From positions 17,608,001 to 17,672,000 of the forward strand of contig JBHGNT010000007.1 in the NCBI GenBank assembly GCA_043228905.1: a stretch of DNA of 64,000 nt, in the 5' to 3' direction. A program made the position numbers and the translations under genes. Source of the DNA: Azolla caroliniana (lineage: Eukaryota > Plantae > Polypodiophyta). Positions 52,601-64,000 of this stretch are shown here, piece by piece (within the stretch, counting starts at the first letter, position 1; each line of letters opens with the position of its first letter). The notes beneath the pieces were generated by a model, which was given only the letters and a program-made list of their open reading frames with translations, was not told where the DNA came from and searched no databases.

Positions 52601-54700
52601 TCCTCTAGCCTTTGTAGCACCTTCTCGCAGTCGTCGATGTGTGTTGCCACGAATCGCCGACATCCGTTTGGTCCGAGTGTTGCGTCCCTCTCTTCTATCG
52701 GGCACCCCTTGATCGGAATGTCGTCTAGAAATGGCATGGTGATGTCCGGGATGCAATCCCTCAGTACCTTGTTCATTGCATTCACCATGTGGGCCACCGA
52801 GTTGGTCCCTCCTTGTGGCAGGGTACACATTCGCACTAGGCCGGGTGGAGTTCGCATCGTTGTAATGTCTCTGCTCTCCACGGCTAGCTGGAACTAGTCG
52901 TACCCCGAGTACAGATCACCGACCGAGTAAATCGACCTTCCGGCGAAGGCCTCCGCGAACTCGTCTATGGGCGGTCCGATTCCTGCGTTCCGAATGGTCA
53001 CTCTGTTGACCGGCTGCAGGTCCTGAATGAAGCGCAATGTTCCGTTTTTCTTTAGTACGGTAAACCATCGGTTCGAGTATGGCGCGCTCGACGGTTCGAG
53101 AATACCCATATCGACTTTCTGCCTCAGTAGCTCCATCAACTCCGGGATGTGAGCTCTTGGTACCGGAATCGGCTTGAGATTCCACGGCACATGCGGTACC
53201 GTGAATATCACCATCGGCTCCACGATTGTCGGGTCTACATACCCGATCTCTTCCGGCGAGAATGCGAAGGCTTTCCCATGCCTTCCGAGCATTCTCCGAA
53301 ACCGGTCTTCCTCCGCCGGCAGTAGGAACCCGCCCCCACCGATCTTGAGATCCCGGAGCGTCCCGTCGGTGAAGGCGTGTCCTATGCAGGCCGGATCTCG
53401 TAAACTGGGGTCCGACGCCACCCCTCTGATTCGGGACTCGCCGCCCTCCGGCAAGGGTGCCGCGACTGGCCTTACCTTCCGGTCCACAGTCTTGTACTTC
53501 GTGCTAACTCGGGCCGTCCGATCCGACCCAAGTCCCCGACTGAAGTTTGCGATGACTTTGTACATCTCTTCGGAACATACCGGTTTCATCCGGTCTTCGT
53601 TAAGGTCTTCTCCGGCTACCTTCCTCAGCATTCCCAAGGTGTCGTCGAAGGAGACCGCCTCCACGGCTCCGCTGATTTCCTCGTCCGGGCCGAGAACTCC
53701 GCACGCTCGAAGTCGCACTTCCGCCCTTGTCTTTTCTCGGCCGACGATGCCGACTATCATACACCCTCCGTTGTTGGAGAAGCAAAATTTCCTACCTATC
53801 GTACAGTCGTGGGGTCCTTTCCGAGTGTCCGGGCTGTCTCGGCCCCACCCTTGGCAGCCCTCTCTAAAAAATCCTCCCGGTTCTCGCCACCGAGGGATTC
53901 GCGGTTTCTCTCGTGGTTCAGCCGCACCATCAGAAATTGCACCGAATGGTGCCCGTCCTGGCTTTTGACCCTCGCGTAGGCCGAACCGTTGTTCAGCACT
54001 TTGGTCTCCATTCGTGCCGCCGTGATGTATGGTTCCCCTAATATGACCGGGTGCGAGGACATCTCCTGTACGAAGAAGTGCTGGTCAATCTCGACGTCGC
54101 CGATCTTGACTCGCACGTTCGGGCAGGCCCCGTGCAGTTCCTCGGTGGCGCGCGTCACCGCCCGTATCTTCCACCCGTGCTTGGTGTTGATCGGCCACTT
54201 CCCCTTCTTATAGAAGTCCATGGATATCAGGTTTATTTCCGAACCGTGGCCCACCAGTGCCACCACCGGTTCCTGAACCTCTCCGATCTTTACTGGGGTC
54301 TCCGTGGTCGCTCGGGCCCAGTGCGGCCTCGAATAGTGGCTCTCCGCCCACTCGTCTTCCATCGCCATGTCGTCGATGTGCGTCGTTCGCACCTCCACCG
54401 GTCTTTCCGGTTCCGTCTCCGTCGACAGCCTCTTCCGTTTCACCAGGTCCACAATGGAGTCGTGGAATTCCTTCTTGGCGATCCCTAGCACCTCTCGCAA
54501 TGACAACTCCACTTTGCTGTCGAGGATCCGTTCCTCTAGGACCTTCCGTAGGTCCGTAGTCCTTTCTATTTCCGTCCCCAGTCGGTATCCGCCCTTCCTA
54601 TGGTTATCTTGCGAGCTGGACCCGCCGGCATCGTTCCGTCGTTGCCCGAATCGGGTCTCGTACCGTTGTGAAGGCCCGGCCGCTCCGGCTTTCGCGAGCG
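49697..54700 (-). mobile_element. Non-chromovirus Ty3/gypsy fragment (PR-RT-RH-IN plus 3' LTR 49697-50327); 5' LTR and most of gag absent
   Basis: LTR TGTCG...CGACA preceded on the minus strand by GGTGGGGGCGGA; LPQGGTNS, PFLDDI, ETDCLP, GHRG..C..C, NGKVERGH. Confidence 0.88.
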
Positions 54701-55180
54701 AGGCGTGAAGCTAGGAGGAACCGGAGCTGTGAGCCCGAGGATCCCGAAGAGCCTCGAGTTGAGCTTGAGGGGGAGTGTTGAGAGACAAGCTCAACATCAG
54801 CCGGTTCGGCTGAAGAAGCCGAGGACCGGATCGGTTGGGACCGATCGGTTAGGCCGAGTGCGTAAACCGGGAGGCCGTTAGGGAAGATATTCCGTGAGGA
54901 ATATGTTTGGGAGTTAGTGTAGGAGCTCTTAATGAGCATTGAAGTACCGTCAGTACTTCGGTCAGTCCTTCGAGGACTTGTATAAAAGTGTTCATGGAAC
55001 ACACATGTGTGTAGAGTGGTGAATACAGACTGAGTATTATTGTTGAATATAGTTTTTGTCTTCTCTCTCACTCTCTCTGTCTCTCTTGTGTATACCGTGT
55101 AAGCTCAAGCTCTCCATTGAACCTGTGTTTCCTTCCTTCTGTTCGGTCTTCATACCTGCTTCCGCACGTTACTTTTTACA

Positions 55181-55605
55181 AGAACCTTATACGGTCAATC
55201 GATGACATCTTCTACCTATAGTCCTTATCGTTATTGTGGTCCCATGCCAACAGCTTTGCCTCTTCAGTTGTGAGACCCATGTAAATTTTGCACTCGACAT
55301 ACTTGAAAAAGAAAGTCGTTGGATGTTCTCTCACAAGTTGCCGACGTGCCTCCGCCGAATGTGATCCACCAATGACAAAGTAATTATATTGATCATGCTT
55401 TCTTATATCGAAATCTTCAATGGTTTCACATTCTTCAGGATCCACCATAATAATAAAAGGCACAACGGTAGCATGTGGATTAATTTTCATTTTTTTCTTG
55501 AGATTTTGAACATGCATTCGGTGTGGCTCTCTAATCTCAAGTGGTCTCCGTCCTATTTTTTCATCAATAGGGGGCCGATGGATGTGTGTTATAGGCAAAT
55601 TGGAT
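55181..55605 (-). pseudogene. 5' part of ParB-methyltransferase gene: ParB/Sulfiredoxin-like domain
   Basis: IREP..HVQNLKKKM..VPFIIMV..YFVIGGSHSAEARRQL..VECKIY..EAKLLAWDHN resembles the ParB/Srx G.H(R/S)..A motif and the downstream EN-like motif. It continues past a TAG at 55212-55214 as KMSSIDRIRF and joins FYNEYL at 44812 in frame once the copia and one TSD are removed. Confidence 0.7.
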
Positions 55606-55635
55606 AGTAACAAGGTTACACCAACTTCTATGTAG

Positions 55636-56481
55636 GAAGAGAAATCCAGAAGCCCTATGCATATTAGAAGAATCCCACGAAGAATTTGTTTGGCTAGATT
55701 TAACTTGGTGACATCAGATAAACATATTGGATTTGATGTCAAAAAAATATGCTGTGCCCGTGGTTGTATGTCTATGATTGGAAAATCAAAGTTGTGAGAA
55801 TTAAGGCGATACTATTTTTCGATGACTGGTGATGAGCAAGACACTTACCTCGGGTCACATATGCAACTAGTTTCTGACAAATGTACGGGGATCAAAGTAT
55901 CATTTGAGTATTATATCTTCCATGCACAACAGATATGTAGAGTTGCATTTAAAATTGCGTTATGTGTTAGTAACATGCGGCTACATAGAGTACAACAACG
56001 TCTACTTAGCGGGGATCAGATGCTCAATCGTAAAGAGGTTCCAAGTATGAAAGGTGCAATTGGAAGACATGCTATTGGTTGGATGAAAAGTTACTTTCAG
56101 TTAAATTGTGAAGTAATGCCCACTACAGGTAGGATGCACCTCTCTGATAATTACACATGTCGAGAAGTTTATGATGTCTATCGATCTGATATGGTGGGCT
56201 CACGTAATAAGTCTGTCACATATAGCCAATTCACAAGATTATGGAGAGCTCGGTTTTCAAATGTTATCATTCCATGTAAAGTACGCAAGGGGTATTGCTC
56301 CATTTGTGCAAATATTTAAAGTTTGGCTAAAGGTGCAAAGACATCAATGGAAAAGGATATGAGTAAGAAGTTACTACAAGAGCATCGTGAGGCACAATCG
56401 TTAGAACGAAAGAAGGCAATGCATCATAGAGAGAAGTGTTTGAAGAGGCCCGAACAATACATGTGCTTAATGATAGATGGC
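55636..56481 (+). pseudogene. Sola-like / DUF7869-type transposase, N-terminal part
   Basis: CCARGC, ICRVAFK, WMKSYF..CEVMP..MHL, YSQFTRLW..F..V.IP....CSIC, H...Q..ER, CLMIDG; in-frame stops at 55795 and 56317. Confidence 0.7.
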
Positions 56482-59400
56482 TGTCAGGAACAGTACTAAG
56501 ACAGAGAAGGAATTAGTACTAAACGAAGGATTAGTACTATGAGAGGTGTAGAACTTCTTCGAGAGAAGGAAGAAGTGAGCGAGACGAAGAGAAAGAGAGA
56601 GATCGAGAGAGGGAGAGAGGGAGAGAGTGATGATAAGAAAGATATGTATTATGTGAAGAGAATATACAATGGTGGCTAAAAGGCATAAGACTGGTGTTGA
56701 ACCAATTTGGTTCAACATAATGCCTCGTGCCCTCTTTTATAGTGTTTTCAGGAGTAATCCTGAAGCTTCTAGAATGTTCCAGAAAAATCTGGAATATACA
56801 TTAATTTCCTATAATAAAATGAAAATGAAAATAATATCCTACGTATTACAATAGATGATCTAATGGTCAAGAGCTCGACCCATATAACCTAAGGTCATGG
56901 GTTCGAGTCTTGCCACATCATGACACTATCCCCCCTTTAAAACGACGAGTGTCACGAGTTGTCTTGGATTGAGGACCCGGTTTGTGTGGATATTGACGAT
57001 GGAAGTCTTCAAGAAGAGCACGAGCATTGGTCACATTCTCGATCGGTTCCCAAGTATGTTCGCTGGGACTATAGCCTAGCCAATCGACTAGATAGTAGAG
57101 CTTGTTGCGAACAATCTTGGAATCAAGGATGGCGGCAACCTCGTACTCCGGCCCATCTTCAAGCTTGATCGGGGGTGGAGGTTGTATAAGACGTCCTGGG
57201 ATGGTGCTCTCGTGGTAGGGTTCGAGGAGAGAACTATGAAACACTGGATGTATCCGAAGTTGAGGAGGTAGATCGAGACGAAAAGCGACATCATTAATCT
57301 GTCCAATAATACGGAAAGGACCTAATCGCCAATAATCCAACTTCTCACATGGGCGAGTAGTCTTGATGTGTCGTCGTAGCAGCCACACCCGATCTCCAAT
57401 ACTAAAATTGGATGGAAGTCGATGACGATCCGCGTAGACCTTGTGTGTTTGTTGAGCTTGCTGGAGATGAGTAGATAAATCAGCTTGGCCGTCGGTTTGT
57501 GGGTGGTAGTCGGAGGAGAGGTTACAAGTGACCTTGAGCATATTAAAAAGGTGCTTCCAGAATTTTGACACGAACTGGGGTCCACGGTCGCTGATGATAC
57601 TATCGGGAAGTCCATCATGCCGACATACTTCACGCATGACAATTTCTCCAGTGTCTTCACTGGAGATCTCCTTAGTACATGGCAAGAAATGAGCCATCTT
57701 TGTATATCGATCAACCACCGTTAGAATCACATTGAACCCCTTAGAGACTGGAAGATCTGTGATGAAGTCTAGAGCAATGGATTGCCATGACTTGCTTGGA
57801 ATTGGTAATGGTTCTAATAAACCATATGGATGATGCCTTGGCATTTTCGCTCTGCAACATGTATCACAAGTCTGAACAAAATCCTCGACAAATTGTCACA
57901 TACAGGGCCACCAGAATGATCGTTGTACTAAATGTAATGTTTTAGTACTACCAAAATGCCCAGCTGTATATGTGTCATGACAGTTTTGTACTACTCGAAG
58001 GCGGCAAGAACCATTAGGAACATACAAAAGTTCTTTAAAGAAGAGTAATCCATCATGGTATTTGAATTGCCGATAGTCCGTACCTGGTGGTTGCGACTGT
58101 GAACACGACGCTCGAGAGGGATCAATTTGTGCTAGTATAGCTTGGGCGAATGCATCTGTCTTCAAGTCTTCACGTATAGTATCGATAACACGGGAATCCA
58201 TGGGCATGTCAAAGATCTGTGTTGCTTGTAGTCGTGCCGGTCCCAAGATGACTTGTTTTTGGTTATCGAAAGCTGGCTTGCTGGTACGGGGTGCTAGATA
58301 CGAACGCCGTGATAATGCATCTGCCTTCCCTTGGTGCTTCCCCGGACGATATGTAATTTTGAAGTCGAAACGCGTGAGGAAGTGGGCCCACCGAGCTTGA
58401 CGTCGATTCAACACACGAGCATCCTCAAAGTAGGCAAGATTCTTGTGGTCACTAAATACGGTGACTGGATGAGAGGATCCCTCCAGAAAATGCCTCCATT
58501 GCATAAAAGAATACACTATTGCCAATAGCTCCTTATCATGAATTTCGTAGTTGATTTCGGCGGCGTCAAACTTGCGTGAGTGAAAAGCCACAGGATGTAG
58601 CTTCTCATCATTCCCCTATTGTGACAGAATGCTCCTCAATGCAAAATTCGATGCGTCAGCTTCGATAATGAATGGTTTTTCCGGATCGACATGAGCTAGA
58701 ATTGGAGCCGATGTAAATGCTTTTTTAAGACTCTCGAAAGCCATTTCCATTTCTTCAGACCAGATGAACGGTTGTCCCTTCCTGGTAAGTTGTGTGAGAG
58801 GTAGAACAATCTTTGAGTAATCTTGTATGAACTTCTGGTAAAAATTGGCAAAGCTTAGGAAGCATTGCACATCCTGCACCGAACGCGGAGTCTGCCATTC
58901 TACCACCGTTTTGACCTTAGCTGGGTCCATGGAGATGCCTTCTGACGAAATGATGTAGACGAGAAATTCCACTTGGTTGCACCCGAAACTACATTTTTCC
59001 AGCTTTGCATACAATCCATGTTCTCGAAGTCGTTTTAGTACTAATAGTACATGAGAATCATGTTCTTCTTGGGTCTTTGAATAAACCAGTAGATCATCCA
59101 AATAGATGATCAAACAATCATCCAATAGATCTCGGAATATATCATTAGCCATGTGCTGGAAGACTGCCGGCGCATTAGTGAGGCCGAATGACATGACCGT
59201 ATACTCAAAGTGCCCATATCTGGTGCGAAACGCGGTCTTCCATTCGTCTCCTGGTCGGATCCGTACGAGGTTATATGCTCCCCGTAAGTCGATCTTCGTG
59301 AAGAACCTGGCACCATTGATCCATTCTAAAAGAATTGAGATAGGGGAAGAGCATACCTATTCCTAATTGTAACCTTATTCAAGCCACGGTAATCTACAAC

Positions 59401-61916
59401 GAAATGAAGCGATCCATCTTTTTTCTTGACGAAGAAAATGGGCGCGCCGGCTGGAGATTTTGAATGCTGAATGAAACCATTTTCCAACTTCTCCTCTATA
59501 TAGGCCCGAAGGACTTCCAGCTTGGTTGGTGACAAATTGTAGATCGGTCCCCATGGCGGCTCTTTTCCCGGTTGTAAATCGATGGGGCAATCGTATGGTC
59601 GATGATGAGGAAGTGTGTTGGCTTGTACTTTATCGAACACATCGGCGTAATGACGATACTTCTCGGGAAGTTGAAAGGTGGATTCTTCTTTAGTGGTGCT
59701 GGAGGGGTTTACTGATATTGCAAAGAGGAACATTTCCTCCTTGCGCCCTTCTTTACGCAACTGACGTAGCGAAATGGTTGCCATCTTCTGAGTTGACCCT
59801 TGGGTTTGTCGACACCGGATTTCTCTTGTTCTCCAATCTATGTCTGGGTTATGTAACTCGAACCACGGTAATCCTAAAACTATAGGATGTTCTGGGATAA
59901 TAATAATATTAAATGATACTACACATGCTAAGTTATCTAGGACAATATTAATGGGCTCTGACTCTTCTATGATATTTCCGGAAGCAATGGGACGTCCATC
60001 AATGACTACTACAGAGGCTAGACACTAGAGTTTTCTTAGGGATATCTTATGAGCTTGAGCAAATTTCTTATCCATAAAGCAAGAGTTAGCTCCGGAATCT
60101 AGGAGTGCTAGGACATGTACTCGAGGGGTACTTTTAGTACTAACTATTACTTGGGCTACGAACACATCACTAACTTGCTTAGAGGGAATGGAACTACTAA
60201 TGGGCTGCACAGATCTAGGGCTGTCCAACCAAACGGCTCCTATTTTGGCTAGACTTAGTCGTTTAACTCTTCTTCTAACTAACTAAGGACATCAAATTTG
60301 TTCGCTAGATCTGGGCTATTAGTACTATTAGGACTATCAGATATCCCTACTGAAATAGGCTCGGGTTTAGTACAATTAGAACAAGCGACTATTTACTTTA
60401 CCTGTCTTCTTGGCCTATGGGGGCAATTTATTGTGATATGTCTTGGTCCACCGCAGTAAAGACATAGTCGATTTGTACGGTGTCGCTGCTTTTCTTCTTC
60501 GGATAATGGCCCTCGACGACGTGTAGTGTCAATCTCCATCGGAGTCGGAGTATTCGTTGGAGGCGCATTATATGACTCCCTCGGAATAGGTCTTGCTACC
60601 ACTGAGGCGTAGGTGGGCTCTGATCTTGCCCTCGACATCTGTAGCTGTCATTCCGAACGTCGCTCAAAGAGGCGGTTGTCACATCTCACCGCGCGATTGA
60701 TTGCTTATGTTAAGGACTTTGGCTCTTCGGGGAAGGTCAAGAGTAAATCCTTGACGTCGTTGCGTAAACCATAACAGAATTGCTCCATCAACGCTTGATC
60801 ATCCCAAGGGATATCGGCGGCGAGTAGGCGAAAATCTGCAGCGTATGCGGAGGCTGGACGGTCACCTTGGCGTAATCGCCGAATTTTATTGATTGCGGTC
60901 CTGATGTTGTCAGTATCTCCGAAACATGCTTTAAACTCACTTAGAAACTCTTCAAAATTTTTGAGTAACGGAGATTCCTTTTCTAATAGTGGAGGGAACC
61001 ATGACAATGCTGAGCCACTTAACAAAGTGCCTACTAAACCCACTCGTGATGCATCGGTGGGATATCGGGAAGGATGCATTTGAATAACTAATCGTACTTG
61101 GTTAAGGAACCCTCTAAACTGCGATCACGTTCCATCGAACTTCGTGGGAAGGCCAATCTTGGGTTCTTTATGAATCCCTTGTGTTCCAGGCCCTTGTTGT
61201 TGCATCACTACGATGGTTGCTTCGAGTTGTTGCACGCGTAACGCAAGTTCCCCATGTTGTTGTTGCGTTTGCTGCTTTTCTAAGGAGATTTGCTGAAGAT
61301 CCCCTAGCAACCGTTGGTTTTCTTGTTCCAAAGCATGGAACTTCTCTTTCAAGCATTGAAATTCCGAGAAAACAGATTGATATTCTTCAACGCTAACAGT
61401 GGCCATGGGATGAAAGAAAAGAGGAATAAGAGATTAGTAGGAAATGAGAGAGACAGAAGGTAGGAAATTTTGGTTCAAACTGTCAGGAAAAGTACTAAGA
61501 TAGAGAAGGAATTAGTACTAAATGAAGGATTAGTACTATGAGAGGTGTAGAACTTCTTCGAGAGAAGGAAGAAGTGAGCGAGACGGAGAGAAAGAGAGAG
61601 ATCGAGAGAGGGAGAGAGTGATGATAAGAAAGATATGTATTATGTGAAGAGAATATACAATGGTGGCTAAAAGGCTTAAGACTGGCGTTGAACCAATTTG
61701 GTTCAACATAATGCCTAGTGCCCTCTTTTATAGTGTTTTCAGGAGTAATCTTGAAGCTTCTAGAATGTTCCAGAGAAATCTGGAATATACATTAATTTCC
61801 TATAATAAAATGAAAATGAAAATAATATCCTACGTATTACAATAGATGATCTAATGGTCAAGAGCTTGACCTATATAACCTAAGGTCATGGGTTCGAGTC
61901 TTACCATATCATGACA
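56482..61916 (-). mobile_element. Full-length but defective Tcn1-like Ty3/gypsy chromovirus inserted in the transposase
   Basis: LTRs 56482-56925 and 61481-61916; TSD ATGGC; PPT at ~56926-56938; gag, PR, RT (IYLDDL), RH (ADAS), IN (SDRGPQF, internal deletion) and a canonical chromodomain EYEVAAILDS..YYLVDWLGY...TWEP. Confidence 0.95.
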
Positions 61917-62535
61917 ATGGCATGGACCAGAAGAAGACGTGCTTGCCGCATATGCAGAGGCTCCCCAAAGACGTCAATGATGAGGGCCATGTTCAAATGC
62001 ACTTGGTTGGATGCTTGGCTTATAATAGGTCAGTTGGACCTCACGTCTTCATTACATACCCCAATGTTCACAATGACCCTAACCTAATAGTTACAGTGAT
62101 TCACCGAGTTTTGATGTCTTGGGGCCAACCTTTCCCCCCTGTTCTATACATTCAATTGGACAATACTCCTAGAGAGAACAAAAATTCAACTGTGTTTGGC
62201 TATCTAAGTATGTTGGTCAACCAAGGATTGTTTAGAAAAGTGAAAGTCAATTTTCTTTTCGTTGGTTCACACACATGATCATATAGATAAGATGTTTAGC
62301 ACATTCTCCAGACAGTTGTCTCGGCATGATGCTTTCACATTACCTAAACTATTTGATGTCATTTGTGATGCATATACACCACGCCAAAAAGTGTTACACT
62401 TGAAGGAGGTATATGACTTTAAGAGATATATATAAGATGGGGGTGTTGGGAATGTTAAAGTGCTTGCCCAGTTAAACAATATAAGCTTCAATCACATTTT
62501 TATGATAAAGAAAAATGAAATAAATGGTTCTACGT
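61917..62535 (+). pseudogene. Sola-like / DUF7869-type transposase, catalytic part (truncated by the LTR at 62536)
   Basis: Rejoins across the TSD as IDGMDQKKTCLP; LYIQLDNTPRENKN; FLFVG(+1 nt)HTHDHIDKMFS; three candidate catalytic Asp residues. Confidence 0.78.
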
Positions 62536-64000
62536 TGTCGCGTTGTTACGCACGTGCGTGTAGAAGGGGCGGGAACACGGGGGTCTCGGACTAGGGAGTA
62601 AAGGAGAAAGAATAAGATATGTTTGGAAGCTTAGCTCAAGAGGAGAAGAAGAAAGAATAAGATCACGACATAGAAGGGGAGATCGGCGGAGGCAAGAAAC
62701 TCAACAAGTTATATTAAAACGAACCAATGATTACAACAATGGTGGCCGCACAGACCGCACCAAAACTATGAGAAACCCTAACCGGGGATGAACAAGGAAA
62801 CCCTAAAATGGTAAGAACTCTACACTAAGTGGTATACCTTTGATACGCAAAATAGGCAACCCCTTCATAAGTGACCCCTCCCTTCCTTTTATAGCCCAAG
62901 GAGGGAGGGACCTTACAATGTGGGATAAAATTTCCCCTCTTATTTCTATACACCATTTCCTAGTATACATGTGCACATGGTGCACACCACCGATTTGCCT
63001 ATTCCACCTCGGTTTCCGCCTATGGACGAAAATCTTCACGACATCTGCCCCCACCAAACTGCACATCCACCGGTATGTGCCAAGAAAGGAGAAGAGGTGA
63101 GATTTTTCGGCCATGGTGATAAACCGAGGTCCGCCGTGTCCTCGTTGGCCTTGCTTGGGTTCGTTTTCCATTTCGAGCACACCTGTCCCTTCCACACGAA
63201 CCGTCGTAGCATCCCGTTCCACCATATCCGTCGCACGTCCTTGAGCCGACGGCTCCAACCGATCCACCACGTCCACCGTGGGTCCCCGAAACATCGACTC
63301 CATCCGAACCGCCATATCCACCGCACGCGCCTTCCTCCCCGGTCGGTCCTCCCGAACGCCATTGCCGATCCGTTCACTCTTTCTTTGTCCACCACATAGG
63401 TCCTCCGATTAGGCCCTCGGTCACCCCGTTTGCTCGCCGGATTCCGCCCCTCGCGTACCGCTTGTGTTCTATCTCCGGCTCGATCCTCTCTTCGTCTCGA
63501 ACACCTCGTGCCGATTCCCTCCGTTCCTCGCTCACCTTCCGTAGGCTCTTTCCGTGTGCCCTTGTTGTCTCCCGAACATGCGCTCGTTCTTCGGTCCCTC
63601 GGCGACCTCATTACGCGCTCCTCGCTTCTCCTTTGCTCGCCGTGCTCTCTCGCCGTAGAGCCTACCGTCATTCCGACCACCATGTCAGTGTCCTTCGCGA
63701 CTCCCATTACCGCTTCATCCCGACTCTCGTCCTCCTGGCCCGCTTGGCCTCGCATGCCTTCCGGGACGCCGAGCTTCCTCTTCCCGGCGCGTAGCCCGTT
63801 GCTCTCCACGCACCTCCTCCGGTTCTCAAGACATAGACTTCCATGCTCGCCGATCATCCGCCGATACCGGCACCTCACCGCTCCGTCTCTCGCCGCGTGC
63901 ATTCCTCGCAAAGGCTTGTATGTCCTCCGGGTGCGCTCTCGATCTCTCCGATTGCACTCCGGATTCTGCCCTCTTTGTGCCGTGTATGTTCCTCCTTTGG
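62536..64000 (-). mobile_element. 3' LTR (62536-63043) and 3' internal region of a gypsy element related to that at 49697; continues beyond the window
   Basis: TGTCG...CGACA termini; the flank tctgcccccaccaaactgcacatccaccgg nearly matches 50328-50357. Confidence 0.8.

Larger units (their letters stand above)
44818..55180 (+). mobile_element. Ty1/copia LTR retrotransposon inserted in the methyltransferase gene, with a nested gypsy fragment
   Basis: 405-bp LTRs at 44818-45222 and 54776-55180 (about 5 substitutions by eye); TSD AGAAC; PBS TGGTATCAGAGC 45223-45234; PPT GAGGGGGAG before 54776. Confidence 0.96.
42398..62535. mobile_element. Putative large DNA transposon carrying a DDD transposase and a ParB-DNA methyltransferase gene (termini not visible; contains nested LTR elements)
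   Basis: Removing the insertions at 44818-55180 and 56482-61916 leaves a contiguous ~4.3-kb unit with two head-to-head genes. That they form one element is inferred from adjacency and similar decay. Confidence 0.6.

Noticed and set aside
41276-55605. MTase gene as cargo of an LTR retrotransposon (PPT at ~41281)
   Set aside because: That PPT belongs to a small TRIM whose other LTR ends at 42397, and the MTase keeps its introns in the sense orientation.
56850-56925. Functional tRNA gene
   Set aside because: There is no acceptor stem or proper anticodon arm; only the A/B boxes resemble a tRNA.
63036-63911. 291-aa Arg-rich ORF and other long antisense ORFs within 45000-54700
   Set aside because: They lie in GC-rich retroelement sequence with few stop codons and have no recognisable domain.

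Overview
AT-rich land-plant nuclear DNA; the transposon content suggests a non-seed plant such as a fern or lycophyte, but that is inference. The left third holds two divergent host genes. One is a 7-exon WAT1-related/UMAMIT (EamA) transporter on the minus strand, running off the left edge. The other is a 7-exon NERD-domain gene (AT1G65020-like) whose 10.5-kb first intron carries a very young Ty3/gypsy chromovirus with apparently identical 454-bp LTRs. From about 21 kb to the end the window is a nest of transposons: hAT MITEs, RTE-X-like and L1 LINEs, two copia families, Tcn1-like chromoviruses, a TRIM, solo LTRs and non-chromovirus gypsy elements. The main result appears when two LTR insertions are removed at their target-site duplications. 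This rejoins, in frame, a DNA-transposon-like unit made of a Sola-like/DUF7869-type DDD transposase (plus strand) head-to-head with an intron-containing gene that fuses a ParB/Srx-like domain to a beta-class N6-adenine/N4-cytosine DNA methyltransferase (minus strand; DIPY...FSGTG). This copy is decayed. The Tcn1-like LTR family also shows a self-priming PBS and an outward-facing tRNA-like Pol III A/B-box hairpin at its U3 end.
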